Origin: a virus
Lineage: Duplodnaviria; Caudoviricetes
Direction: 5' to 3' (one strand)
Virus record (IMG/VR): IMGVR_UViG_3300017706_002637
Location: 1-59,626 of that record
Length of the DNA: 59,626 bases
Below, one piece after another: positions 8,123 through 18,112 of the stretch. Under the pieces are notes generated by a model. It searched no databases and had not been told where the DNA came from. It saw only the letters and a program-made list of their open reading frames with translations. Positions within the stretch are counted from its first letter, which is position 1; each line of letters starts with the position of its first letter. Made by a program: the position numbers and the translations under genes.

Positions 8123-8826
8123 AACCTCAAAATTAATTCTTTTATAACGGCATCAATAAAGAATTGATCTCTTGCCATTAACATGTTCTTTATCAAACTT
8201 AATGTTACCCCAATCGCAGCACCACCTGGAGATTTTTTTTCAGCCAACTCCGGTATATTCACTTCTTTTATTTTGTCTCTAATGGAATTTAGAGATTTTA
8301 ATCTCGACTCTGGCTTAATTCTCTGAAGCATAATTTTTATAATTGAAGACATTTGTTCTGCAACATAAACAGGAGAATTCTCTGCATATTGAGCTTTTTT
8401 GTAAAAAGATATATATTTAAAAGAATATTTATCTATCACAAACTCGAAAGCTTCTTTCTCTGATTTTGATTTTTTTTGAATATAAAAATCATGAACGCAC
8501 TCTTTTATATCATTTATTTTGTCAAAATGATCTGAATCATATAACTTATTTATAAAATTTCTAAATCTAGACATATAGTTTTTATTTTCAGAAATTTTCT
8601 TTATTATACCAGAAAGCTCCTCGGCTTCTTGCTCGGAAGAGATTGACTTCAGCTCCTCTAAAACTTCCTCAATATCAAAATTATCCGTATCGACAATCCT
8701 CTGGGCATTAGGCATCCATCCGCTACCATAATCAGAATTAGAATCAGAGGGAGTTGCGGACAATCCAACCATTATAGATTCTTCTCCTTTTTCAAACGGA
8801 GTTACTTTCTTTATCCTAAGGCTCAT
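8119..8826 (-). CDS. Hypothetical head-module protein
   Basis: 235 aa, ATGA overlap with its neighbours. FYKKAQ precedes the C-terminal helical domain (KKSPGGAAIG). Confidence 0.7.
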   Translation of the reverse strand: MSLRIKKVTPFEKGEESIMVGLSATPSDSNSDYGSGWMPNAQRIVDTDNFDIEEVLEELKSISSEQEAEELSGIIKKISENKNYMSRFRNFINKLYDSDHFDKINDIKECVHDFYIQKKSKSEKEAFEFVIDKYSFKYISFYKKAQYAENSPVYVAEQMSSIIKIMLQRIKPESRLKSLNSIRDKIKEVNIPELAEKKSPGGAAIGVTLSLIKNMLMARDQFFIDAVIKELILRL

Positions 8827-10025
8827 TTTTTCATACCAGATAAAGATGCAGGCCTGCCATTTTTTGGCCTAAATTTATTTCCAGATGAATCAACTAGCTT
8901 TCCGCCATTAAGAACCAACTGCGTGGGAGTGTAATAATACCACTTTCCTTTATGTTTACATTTGTAAAGCGGAGCCTCCCCAATTGCATTTTTTATTATG
9001 CTATCTACAACATTCTTTTTTGAAAAAATAAAATCATTTGCCGGGCTTTGAGCAGTCACTTCATATTTGTCGCCACTAATATTACCATTGGCTTTATAGT
9101 AAATGCCCGGCGCACTCGGGGCATTAAACTTAAAAATAACCTTTGGAGGTGAATCATCTATATATTCGACAACGTAATTAGACGATGAAATTGAATCCAG
9201 ATGAGCTTTAAAGTCAGAACTCCTTGCTTCCGAATTAGTTTCTGTAACAAAATCAATAAAATCTTTTTTTACAGTTTTATTTATTGAGTTTGAGGGTCCG
9301 GAAGTTATGTTATTTGTCGACAAATATTTTTCAACTTTGACAGCAGATCTTTTTGTAAAGACTATTTTTAGCTCAGAATCTTTCTGATCTGGATTATATT
9401 TTCCGCAAATAACTTTGCTAATTTTATCTGCTTTAAAAATGCTAGCCAAAGAAGTCCTAGCCTCAGACCTACCTGATGGAGACTCAAGCCTTATTTTGCC
9501 AAGCATATCATTCATGTAATCCGTAAATTTTTTCAAAATTAAAATAATGTTATGAGCATAAATAAAATTTATATCTCCGCCAGATGTATCTTTACTTTTA
9601 AATTCAGATATCTTAAGGTCACACTTTGATGAAATAACATTTGCATACTTCCTCAATATAGGAAGTGGGCTTACTTTGAAATTTCCCTCATTCCCGTCGG
9701 CTTTACGGGCTTTAAACGCATTTAAATCTGCTGTATATTTCACATAGTTTCTGTTTATCTCACCTAGAAGTCCATCGACATCTGTTTTTAGCTTTGTCTG
9801 CAACTCTTTATCTCTTGTTTCGGTAACTTTAGAGTATTCGGCTAATGAGCTATCAAAATCACTGGGGGCCATAGGGAGTTGGTTTAAAAATTTTATCGAA
9901 GATTCCCTCCAGGCTGTAGCGTATTCTGAGTTTAAAAAAGACATAAATCTTGGTCCGATGTTATCTATTGTCTTTACATAGTCAATAGTCTTCTTTGTAG
10001 TATTGGCATTTAAATCATTAGGCAT
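8823..10025 (-). CDS. Hypothetical protein
   Basis: 400 aa ORF directly downstream of portal; no recognisable motif. Confidence 0.7.
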   Translation of the reverse strand: MPNDLNANTTKKTIDYVKTIDNIGPRFMSFLNSEYATAWRESSIKFLNQLPMAPSDFDSSLAEYSKVTETRDKELQTKLKTDVDGLLGEINRNYVKYTADLNAFKARKADGNEGNFKVSPLPILRKYANVISSKCDLKISEFKSKDTSGGDINFIYAHNIILILKKFTDYMNDMLGKIRLESPSGRSEARTSLASIFKADKISKVICGKYNPDQKDSELKIVFTKRSAVKVEKYLSTNNITSGPSNSINKTVKKDFIDFVTETNSEARSSDFKAHLDSISSSNYVVEYIDDSPPKVIFKFNAPSAPGIYYKANGNISGDKYEVTAQSPANDFIFSKKNVVDSIIKNAIGEAPLYKCKHKGKWYYYTPTQLVLNGGKLVDSSGNKFRPKNGRPASLSGMKK

Positions 10026-10031
10026 TATCTA

Positions 10032-11696
10032 TCATCCTCCCATCATTCCTTCTAAGCCGCCGCCTTCTCCTCCGGAGTCCATTCCGGGTAAGCCGCCGCC
10101 TTCTCCTCCGCCTTCGGCCTGAACAGTTTCTGCTGGCTCTGGAATTGGCTTAGATGGATCAAGATTTGCGAGCTCTGAAAGTCTCATTGATCCCAATATT
10201 TGTTGCTGTTTCGCAAACACTGCATCTGATATCTGCTCAGCTCTAAGTTTCTCTCTTTCTTCTTCGTAAGACAGACCGAGGGATCTGTGTAAAGTCTGAA
10301 GGGAGACTTGTTTGTTTCCAACAAAATTTGAGATGCTGTTTATGTAATCTTGCATGTCGTAAAGATTCATGTGATTGAAGTCAATACTTGGGACTAGAAG
10401 CCTCTTCTCTCCATTTTTGTATTCGAAGAAATCTTGTATTTCGCAGATTGGAGCGAAAATCCTTCTCTCTAGCCACTTCTTCATCATGTTTCTAAATATG
10501 TCATATCTTTGTCTTAGAACTTCAAGTCCAACGGAAGACGAAGCGTACGTGGCACCCTCCTGATCTATCAAAGATTTTGGACACATCAATCCTGCGTAAA
10601 GATTATCCATAATATGAGACACATCATTTGATATATCCATTACTCCGCCACCATATCCATTCCTCTCTATGCTAACATCTGAATGGGTGACCAACTTAAA
10701 GTCCTTATCATATTGGGCTTCTTCAAGTATCATTCTGAACGCTTCCAAGTCAGATTGGGAAGGCCTATAGTCATTGCCGCCTAATTTGACAAGAGTGAGG
10801 GGATTTATCATACTGTCTGCTTGCGCAAACTTTGACTCCCTAAGCTTGTCGTACATCATTAAATCTTTGTAGCAAGAAACAACTATTGATGTACCTCTAA
10901 CGTCATACGGTGAAGACAAAAGTTTCAAGTGAGATATGTTGAAGGAATCCAAAGGTATGTTCTTACCAGTTTTAACATAATCTATAATGTGCTTTGGAAT
11001 GTACTTCTTTAAAGCCATATCAGATGGATTTGTAGAATTTACAACTCTTTGAATTGAAGAGTCAGGCCTGAGCGAAATCATTGTTTGATTTCCAATTATG
11101 CTTTTCTTTACGTGAACATAATCTGGGTTTAATATCGATATCTTCTTCCAAGAGCCAGTGCTTTCGTCCAACTCTGCATAGGGGAATGCTTCGCCTAACT
11201 TCCAAAACTCTAGTGCTGCTCCATATACAACCGAATACAAGTCTATTCTCTCTGACATATCCATGAAAAAGTCTTGAACTTTTTTGTTTTCACAAGATAT
11301 GTTAATTTTTGATATAGGAAAGCTTGCGTGCAAATTGATTGCATTTCTAACAAGAGGATGTGTGTCATAGTAAATTCTATTCCACGCATTCATAGTAATT
11401 CTATCTCTAGGAAGATTTAAATTTGAAAGCTGAAATAGCGGACTATATACTTCGGGGCTCATCCTCTCAGTATTAGTGGAGGTTGTCGGACCAGTCATAG
11501 GAGATGTTATTGATCCAGTTTTATTTATATCTTTTTTAAATTTACTACTAAAAGCAATAGACGCAGAGGCAGAGGAGTCAAGCTCATCTTGTTTTGCAGA
11601 AAAATGATTATTTATCTGAGACCTTCTTATATCCGAAAGAAGACTTGAGCCTTCCTTGGTTATTTGGCCTTTAGGCCTATTTATTCTTCTTGACAT
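10032..11696 (-). CDS. Portal protein
   Basis: Follows terL. Portal-like motifs RIYYDTHPLVRNAIN, FWKLGEAF, SILNPDYV and PYDVRGTSIV. Gly-rich tail with repeated EGGG. Confidence 0.8.
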   Translation of the reverse strand: MSRRINRPKGQITKEGSSLLSDIRRSQINNHFSAKQDELDSSASASIAFSSKFKKDINKTGSITSPMTGPTTSTNTERMSPEVYSPLFQLSNLNLPRDRITMNAWNRIYYDTHPLVRNAINLHASFPISKINISCENKKVQDFFMDMSERIDLYSVVYGAALEFWKLGEAFPYAELDESTGSWKKISILNPDYVHVKKSIIGNQTMISLRPDSSIQRVVNSTNPSDMALKKYIPKHIIDYVKTGKNIPLDSFNISHLKLLSSPYDVRGTSIVVSCYKDLMMYDKLRESKFAQADSMINPLTLVKLGGNDYRPSQSDLEAFRMILEEAQYDKDFKLVTHSDVSIERNGYGGGVMDISNDVSHIMDNLYAGLMCPKSLIDQEGATYASSSVGLEVLRQRYDIFRNMMKKWLERRIFAPICEIQDFFEYKNGEKRLLVPSIDFNHMNLYDMQDYINSISNFVGNKQVSLQTLHRSLGLSYEEEREKLRAEQISDAVFAKQQQILGSMRLSELANLDPSKPIPEPAETVQAEGGGEGGGLPGMDSGGEGGGLEGMMGG

Positions 11697-11721
11697 AACT
11701 TTCCTAGTTTATTATATAGTT

Positions 11722-11730
11722 ATATTAATA
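11722..11730 (-). promoter_or_regulatory. Putative late-promoter motif TATTAATAT
   Basis: 26 nt before the portal ATG. Confidence 0.45.
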
Positions 11731-11735
11731 ATAGT

Positions 11736-13496
11736 TTAAATGCTTCTTTTGATGTTTGCCAAAACAGGAGTCGGCATAGAAATCTTTTTATTTGCTCCAG
11801 GCCTTATCGTAAAACCATTTGTGAGGTCAAACTTGTAGGCCATGTAAGCATACATCAAAGCCATAAGGCCATCATTTGGGCCAGATCCTTTTACATATTT
11901 TTTTACAGGCTGATTTCCAACAACCCTATGCCTCATCTCCATAGAAGTACAGTGCTCTATTAGCCACTCTAAATGCTCATAAGATTTCCACGGAAATCTT
12001 ATCTTTCCCTTTTTCATAAGATTGAAGAGCTCCTCAACCATAAGGTCCTTGTTGTAGGACACTATAAGCTCTTCTTCCCTGTATTTCAAAGGCTTTATCA
12101 AACTTCCTGACCCTTGAGCTCCAATAAATCTGTCTCCATATCTAAGCTGTATGTCGTGAACTACATCTTGTCCAAAGAACCAGTCAGATACGGCTCTTGT
12201 TATTCCAAATCTTCTAAACATCTCATTTATAGTCTCTTTCTTGTAATTAAAAGAATTTTCTCTTAATTTATGAGCATGCTCAATTAGTATTTCTCCAGAA
12301 TGAGTTACAGATATAACTACAACGCAGGAATATGATTGGCCTCCAGTTGCGCCATCTGCTTTTCCACCCCAGTCTACTCCAAAGTAACTTTTCTTTATTC
12401 TGGGGTCTATACTCTTGGAGAAGTATCTATCTGGATCTCTGCACTTATCATATATATCTGCCTTGGTTATAGGCATTCCCAAGCCAGAGTAAAATTCTCC
12501 AACAACCTCGTTGTTCCATATCCTCTCTGTCTGAGATGGATTATTCTCGGGCATCAAGTCCAGGATATTTTCTTTTGAGAAGTAGGGTATATATAGTTGA
12601 TTTATATGAAATCCAGTATATTGACATTCTTCAGAATTTTTAGTCGCAACCCACTTCCCGGCCTCTATCGCATCAATCTTTTTTTGAACGGCTCCACACA
12701 GAGGGCACTTTATGTTATAGCCTTCAACCCAGATCTCCTTCCATCTGTCATCATTTGGAAGGTAAAATGGAAAGGTATCTTTGCAGTTTGTGCATCCAAG
12801 ATGATAATATCTTTGGTCAGACATATCCCATATTGTAGAAAAGTGAGAGCCTCTCTCTTTTGGAGTTCCAAAGTAAACCTGAACCCCCTTACCTATTGGG
12901 CCATATTTTGCTGCAGTCAAAATCTTTGTTGCGTTTCCAATACCCTGAGAGAACATGTCTTGTATCTCATCAAAGAATACTATGTCTGCAGTCATACCTC
13001 TAATTCTATCTGCATCTGCACCCATGGAGTCTATCCAGAGAGTTCCGTTGTTAAACTGCTTCATGGTTAAATTATCAACAGCATTTGCTGTTTTTAATTT
13101 ATTTTTATTTATAACGTCACCCTTTGCAGTTCTTATCATACCCTCTAGTTTATCTTGAGAAAACTTTTTTACTTGAGCTAGCGCAGGAAATAGATGAACT
13201 ACCCTTATTGGAGGTTTTGAAAAGAGCCCAGAGTTTGTAAAATAAAGGTCTAAGGCTCCTGCCATAACGGTCGCCCCAACTTGTCTTCCTTTCTTAATAA
13301 CGACCGGCTTTCCATCCTTCTTGGTTGCGTTTATGGCTATATATCTGTATATATCAACCATAAACCTCCAGCCATTCCCTAGAATTTTGAAATCTTCGCC
13401 ATCTATAGTTAAATTATTTTGTATAAAATTAGCGGGATCTATGTCTAAAAAATTTGACTTCAATTCTTCAAAAATTTTAATTTCTTCTTTTTTCAT
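11736..13496 (-). CDS. terL: Terminase large subunit (lambda gpA-like ATPase with Zn ribbon)
   Basis: Walker A-like KKGRQVGAT, Walker B VFFDE, coupling motif GTP, CTNC...CPLC zinc ribbon, nuclease GVDWG and C-terminal NDGLMA. Confidence 0.9.
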   Translation of the reverse strand: MKKEEIKIFEELKSNFLDIDPANFIQNNLTIDGEDFKILGNGWRFMVDIYRYIAINATKKDGKPVVIKKGRQVGATVMAGALDLYFTNSGLFSKPPIRVVHLFPALAQVKKFSQDKLEGMIRTAKGDVINKNKLKTANAVDNLTMKQFNNGTLWIDSMGADADRIRGMTADIVFFDEIQDMFSQGIGNATKILTAAKYGPIGKGVQVYFGTPKERGSHFSTIWDMSDQRYYHLGCTNCKDTFPFYLPNDDRWKEIWVEGYNIKCPLCGAVQKKIDAIEAGKWVATKNSEECQYTGFHINQLYIPYFSKENILDLMPENNPSQTERIWNNEVVGEFYSGLGMPITKADIYDKCRDPDRYFSKSIDPRIKKSYFGVDWGGKADGATGGQSYSCVVVISVTHSGEILIEHAHKLRENSFNYKKETINEMFRRFGITRAVSDWFFGQDVVHDIQLRYGDRFIGAQGSGSLIKPLKYREEELIVSYNKDLMVEELFNLMKKGKIRFPWKSYEHLEWLIEHCTSMEMRHRVVGNQPVKKYVKGSGPNDGLMALMYAYMAYKFDLTNGFTIRPGANKKISMPTPVLANIKRSI

Positions 13497-13517
13497 AAAA
13501 AACCTATGTTTATCAAT

Positions 13518-13528
13518 ATTATACTTAA
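13518..13528 (-). promoter_or_regulatory. Promoter motif TTAAGTATAAT (-10-like) upstream of terL
   Basis: Lies directly after a terminator. The same 10-mer occurs at 4981 and 21351. Confidence 0.55.
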
Positions 13529-13540
13529 AAAATAATATAT

Positions 13541-13574
13541 AAAAAAAAGGCAGAGCTTAAGCTCTGCCTTTTTT
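13541..13574. terminator. Bidirectional rho-independent terminator
   Basis: Perfect palindrome AAAAAAGGCAGAGCTTAAGCTCTGCCTTTTTT. Confidence 0.9.
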
Positions 13575-13590
13575 ATTCGTAAACTTTAGA

Positions 13591-14310
13591 TTAGTAATCT
13601 GAAGTTTTAAAATATGATGGAGTCATATCATCTGTATCATGAAGACTTTCTGCGGCAATAGAATCTCTTGAGATATATTCTGAATTTACAGGAGATTCTT
13701 TTTTATACTTTTCAAACAAACTACCCATATATCCCTCAAACTTGTCCGGATCTATTTTTCTGGACAGACTTGAGAAGTTCAAAGAAGGGTTACCGGAGCA
13801 ATGACCATAAACTTCGGCTTTGGTGGTATAACCTCTATCCTGAATTAAGCTTTCTATATAAGACAAAAGAGATTCTACTTGGCTTCTAATGTAAGATAAA
13901 GATTCGCTAGAATCAACCATATTTCTTTTTTTGCAAATTTTACAAGAAGAACTATCTGATAGATTATCTTGCTCGCAAGAGCAATCTTCCGTTTGACAAG
14001 ACTGACAGACCTGGGAGGCCTCAACGTCGCAAGAGCAATTTTCTGTCTCGCAACCACATCCGCTTGCAAATTTGCTAATGTGACCACAGGAATTCTTTGA
14101 AGCAGATATTGTTTTAAGATTAGAAAATCCGACTCTTTTTTTGAGATCTTCCATTTTATCTTCAATTGTTGAAAATTTTTCAACAGCAGGTCTGTCCCTT
14201 CTTTCCTTTACCCTATCTTGAAAATTTGCAGATTTTGAAAAATCATTTAGCCAGCCTACAGTTGTATTGTAAGACTCAACTTCTGTTTTTATTCTATTTA
14301 TTTTAATCAT
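13591..14310 (-). CDS. Hypothetical head-module protein with a Cys-rich segment
   Basis: 239 aa. Contains CGC..CSC..CQSC..CSC..CKIC, FSKSAN and ISKFAS. Confidence 0.7.
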   Translation of the reverse strand: MIKINRIKTEVESYNTTVGWLNDFSKSANFQDRVKERRDRPAVEKFSTIEDKMEDLKKRVGFSNLKTISASKNSCGHISKFASGCGCETENCSCDVEASQVCQSCQTEDCSCEQDNLSDSSSCKICKKRNMVDSSESLSYIRSQVESLLSYIESLIQDRGYTTKAEVYGHCSGNPSLNFSSLSRKIDPDKFEGYMGSLFEKYKKESPVNSEYISRDSIAAESLHDTDDMTPSYFKTSDY

Positions 14311-14328
14311 CTTTAATCCTGTTATTTA

Positions 14329-15216
14329 TTATGAAAAATAGCTTCTTACAAAATCTACTCCACCTAAGTTGGACTCCATTTCCTCAGTTTCTTTTTTATT
14401 AGAAATAGAATCTGGGATTGACAAAGAGCCTCTATCCTTAAATATAGGCTGGCCAAAATCCATAAGAGTTTGCAGGATTTCTAGCTCTTCTCTTGGTTTA
14501 ATTTCATATTTTGATTTAAGATATTCGTAAACCTCTTCGAATGGCTTTCCCGCAGAGACACATGAGTTTATCAAAATTCCACATATTGCTCTTATAAATG
14601 GAGTAACGGATATAACTACATTATTTGGGGTTGCCGCAAGTTTTATCATTTCATCTTTATTGGAAGAATTCTTTATCTTCCTTTTTAGATTCTTCACATG
14701 CTCTTTTAGCTTCAAGATGTCTGCCAAAATAGAATTATTTATTTTTTCCAAAGACACTACGTCTAAATTGTCATCGACATCTAATTTTATATTTTTAAGA
14801 ATATCCCTAGACAAAGAAGTCAGAAAGGACATTGCCTTTTCGCAGCCAAGCACAGAAGTTCCATCATGCGATGGAATACTTTTCGGATATTGGCCAAGAA
14901 TATACTCCATAAATTTAGAAAGATCTCCGTCTTCTTCATAGCTAGTTTCTTTTATCGGCTCAACGTCTTCTTCGCTTAAAATCGTAGCTTGTGATCCTGG
15001 AACGAGCTCCTTTATCTTAGTCTTTTCTCCGTATTCATCTGAGGCCTCTTCGAGATAATCTTCAATTTCTTCTTGTGCTTCATCAACGAATTCATTCGTA
15101 GCCTTTTGAAGTTGGTCTAAATCTTTCGAAAAATCTTCTTGAAGCTCTGGAATTGTCATATCCATTACGCTAGCTTCGCCTAATTCAGAATATTCTTTTG
15201 CAATTTTATAAGACAT
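14329..15216 (-). CDS. Hypothetical head-module protein
   Basis: 295 aa, acidic N-terminus, GGAG RBS. Contains SYKIAK and MIKLAA. Confidence 0.7.
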   Translation of the reverse strand: MSYKIAKEYSELGEASVMDMTIPELQEDFSKDLDQLQKATNEFVDEAQEEIEDYLEEASDEYGEKTKIKELVPGSQATILSEEDVEPIKETSYEEDGDLSKFMEYILGQYPKSIPSHDGTSVLGCEKAMSFLTSLSRDILKNIKLDVDDNLDVVSLEKINNSILADILKLKEHVKNLKRKIKNSSNKDEMIKLAATPNNVVISVTPFIRAICGILINSCVSAGKPFEEVYEYLKSKYEIKPREELEILQTLMDFGQPIFKDRGSLSIPDSISNKKETEEMESNLGGVDFVRSYFS

Positions 15217-15226
15217 TTTTCTTCTC

Positions 15227-15673
15227 CTAAGTTAAATCTGGGGTTTGTCTTCCGACGTTTGCCAACCCTATTGGAATATCTCTAATGTTGTCATCTTCAA
15301 ATGAAGAGTCTCCATATAAAGGTAATCCATTATTAGTAGGATTAGTGTCGAATATATTTATCTGGGTTGGAGATCCATCTATAGATAGCTGCGTAGCTTC
15401 TTCTTCGTGATTTTGAGATTCCCCATAGGTGCAAATTACTTGATTTTTATTTCCATCAATAGTCTTTGCAAACGGGCACCTTCTTTTGTTTTTATCTTCA
15501 CCAGTCATAACATAGAAGAATTTTTTAAAATTAAACTCAACATTTGAGTAATCTGCCTCTCCAGTTTTTGGATCGACTATTGGCTTCATAGATTCTATCT
15601 GCTTTCCAACTTTTTCGCATCCGAGCTTTATTGGAAGCGCAAAAGGGCATCCTTTAATTTTTCCCCTTATCAT
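15227..15673 (-). CDS. Hypothetical protein (GCPF/RCPF Cys motifs)
   Basis: 148 aa, GAGG RBS, coupled to the upstream gene. Confidence 0.65.
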   Translation of the reverse strand: MIRGKIKGCPFALPIKLGCEKVGKQIESMKPIVDPKTGEADYSNVEFNFKKFFYVMTGEDKNKRRCPFAKTIDGNKNQVICTYGESQNHEEEATQLSIDGSPTQINIFDTNPTNNGLPLYGDSSFEDDNIRDIPIGLANVGRQTPDLT

Positions 15674-16434
15674 ATAATCCCTCTAAAATATTTTTTAATT
15701 TTTTCGCTTTTAATAAGATAATCTCTATAATAACCAAACAAAGGTATCTTATTATATAGATTTAATTTTTCTATATTTTTAACAGTTATATCATATGAAG
15801 CAGAGAATGCTTCATCTACAATTGACGTAATAAACTTGTAGTTATCTTTTACAAAATCTTCAATATCAACCTTATTTATTGCCGAGACAACTCTATCTGA
15901 TAAAACTAAATTATACCTAGAGGATAAAGATAAAGCCCGGTATATTCTTTTCGGATCATCAAAAAATGTTATTTCTGGCTCCAATATAGTGTCAATAATA
16001 TTATTTTTTATATCAGATATGCCTCTTCCTGTGAAGTCATATATAGAAGAATCTTTGCACATAATGTGAATGGAATCAATCGTGAAATCTCTAGAGAAAG
16101 GCTCCCTCTCAAACTCTTCCGTATTGCTAGGAATTAGATCGCTAACGAAGCCGGAAGAGAAGTCTATCTTTCTGCTTCTATATCTAGTAGTTAAATGTGC
16201 TTGATTATATATATTAAAATTTAAATTATTTTTTTTACAAAATAGGATGCCCAAATAAAGAGACTCATCTCCATTATTAGACGTAAAGTCAAGATCATCT
16301 TCTGCAGACTCTGTCTTTAAATATAAATTTCTTGGATATCCGCCAACTAGGTACGGACTCTTCATAGAATACTCGGAAGATAGCTCATGAACCTCTGTCA
16401 TAATCTCTTTTACATCGGGGCTTATCGGATCCAT
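15670..16434 (-). CDS. Class II tRNA nucleotidyltransferase / poly(A) polymerase family protein
   Basis: YLVGGYPRN...DDLDF (motif A), SRDFTIDSI, YDFTGRGISDIKNNII and FFDDPKRIYRA. GGAGG RBS. Confidence 0.85.
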   Translation of the reverse strand: MDPISPDVKEIMTEVHELSSEYSMKSPYLVGGYPRNLYLKTESAEDDLDFTSNNGDESLYLGILFCKKNNLNFNIYNQAHLTTRYRSRKIDFSSGFVSDLIPSNTEEFEREPFSRDFTIDSIHIMCKDSSIYDFTGRGISDIKNNIIDTILEPEITFFDDPKRIYRALSLSSRYNLVLSDRVVSAINKVDIEDFVKDNYKFITSIVDEAFSASYDITVKNIEKLNLYNKIPLFGYYRDYLIKSEKIKKYFRGII

Positions 16435-16442
16435 ACAGCCTC

Positions 16443-17867
16443 CTATTGCTCAGAAGTATCGTCTGTTCCCGGCACAGATTTTTTAGAGCTCATAATCGAC
16501 TGAGCATTTGAAAGCTGACCCATCATCTTCGTAACCCTAGTTAAGGCGTACCCAAACGCATCAATCAACTTTGATTGAGATTCGGCTAACTCTGGAAACA
16601 TACTCGCTATACCCAATTTGTCAAGCATGATGTCAAACTCTGCCAAATTTCTAATAACTCTTCTGTCTGCAAGCATTCCTGCGACTTGATCTAATTTCTC
16701 TGAAGCATCAGTTATATTAATATCATCATCAACTATTCCGTCATACTCTCCTTCTTCCGGGCCGTCAGTCTCTATGTCTTCAAATCTTACCGGTTTAACC
16801 TCGTCAGATCTTGGTATCCCAGAATCATTGCTTGCGGGCTCTTCTTGTGTTTCCGGAACCACACCTTCGGGCTGAGGCTGAGATTCAGGTTGGTTTGCCG
16901 CTTCTGGAGCCACACCTTCGGGCTGAGGCTGAGCCTGGACCTCTTGAGCTAACTTCTCTAATTCTTCAATTCCATACTCTATTCCATCTCTTCTTAATTT
17001 ATTCGCAGTTTTGTAGATTAAAGAGGATGCGGTATTAGAGGTTTTAACTTGATGTGCTTCAATAGTTAGATCATTTAAAAGATCCATAACCCTCTTGACT
17101 GTTGGCACGGGCAAAGACTTTGTGTTCATCATATTATTAAGGATGCTTCTAACGCCTCTGCTTATGCTGTTTTTAAACTTTAAAGAATTATGAGAGTCTT
17201 CTTCGGAAAAAGCAAGGGCGGGCTCTTCTTCATACTCCACTCCTTCATCATTCGCAAGGTTTATTTTGCTCAAAAAAGATTCGGAATCATTTAATTTATT
17301 CTTTTGCCTTAAATTTTCTTTTGCACGAAAGATTGGATCATCCGAAAGATTTTCATCCTCAGAATTAAATGATGGATTCTTTTGATAATTGCTATTTGGA
17401 ACCAAACCTGTGTTATAAGAACCCTTTTTCCTTAATTTCATTTTTTCACCAGCATACCTTTTGTGTTCACCATTTGAATAAAACTTAAACCATTTTAGAA
17501 AACTTTGCTTTTCTATTTCATCATAATCATTACTATATTTTTCAGCTAAAATACTGCCATGCTGTTTAGACCTGGCCTGAGATCTTATCTTGTAATATAA
17601 ATTTTTCCACTTAATAGTGTCATATCCAGTGCTATTATCTTTTGGATTTTTGTTTGAAAAATAATCAAAAGAAGAAAGCTTTTCTATAGAATTTTGGTTT
17701 TTGTCAATCTCTGCAGATTTAAGCATATCTAATTTAAAAGAATTGTCGACTCCTATAGCCGACAGCTCCGATGCTTTATCTTTGAAATATTTTCCAAACG
17801 CGGAGTTTTCAAATCCAGATATATCTTCTGATTTTTTTGAGAAAAATTTATTTATCTTTTTTGACAT
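16443..17867 (-). CDS. Putative head/core protein with many K-x-[A/S] motifs and a helical-hairpin tag
   Basis: 474 aa. IYKTANKLRRDG...LEKLAQ, a Pro/Glu-rich linker with duplicated QPQPEGV.PE, and a helical C-terminus. Confidence 0.7.
   Translation of the reverse strand: MSKKINKFFSKKSEDISGFENSAFGKYFKDKASELSAIGVDNSFKLDMLKSAEIDKNQNSIEKLSSFDYFSNKNPKDNSTGYDTIKWKNLYYKIRSQARSKQHGSILAEKYSNDYDEIEKQSFLKWFKFYSNGEHKRYAGEKMKLRKKGSYNTGLVPNSNYQKNPSFNSEDENLSDDPIFRAKENLRQKNKLNDSESFLSKINLANDEGVEYEEEPALAFSEEDSHNSLKFKNSISRGVRSILNNMMNTKSLPVPTVKRVMDLLNDLTIEAHQVKTSNTASSLIYKTANKLRRDGIEYGIEELEKLAQEVQAQPQPEGVAPEAANQPESQPQPEGVVPETQEEPASNDSGIPRSDEVKPVRFEDIETDGPEEGEYDGIVDDDINITDASEKLDQVAGMLADRRVIRNLAEFDIMLDKLGIASMFPELAESQSKLIDAFGYALTRVTKMMGQLSNAQSIMSSKKSVPGTDDTSEQ
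16860..16932 (-). repeat. 22-bp direct repeat (QPQPEGV)
   Basis: cacaccttcgggctgaggctga at 16860 and 16911. Confidence 0.85.
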
Positions 17868-18111
17868 AATGAGACCTAATTCTTTTTTTCAGCTTATCTG
17901 CTGTTTCATTAAATACCTTCTTCTCTTCGAAGTTCATTTTTTTAGAGGCATCATCTGTAATCTTTTTTAATAATATAAGCATCAAAGTTGCAAGATCTGC
18001 CCTATCCTCTATGCTTTCTGAAAAATTATCTTTTAGCCAGTCAAGAAAGCTGTAATAGGAGTGCATATCTTTAAGATATATAACTACTTCTTTTGACTTC
18101 TCATCTTTCAT
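17848..18111 (-). CDS. Hypothetical protein
   Basis: 87 aa, fills the operon gap. Confidence 0.6.
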   Translation of the reverse strand: MKDEKSKEVVIYLKDMHSYYSFLDWLKDNFSESIEDRADLATLMLILLKKITDDASKKMNFEEKKVFNETADKLKKRIRSHYVKKDK

Positions 18112-18112
18112 T

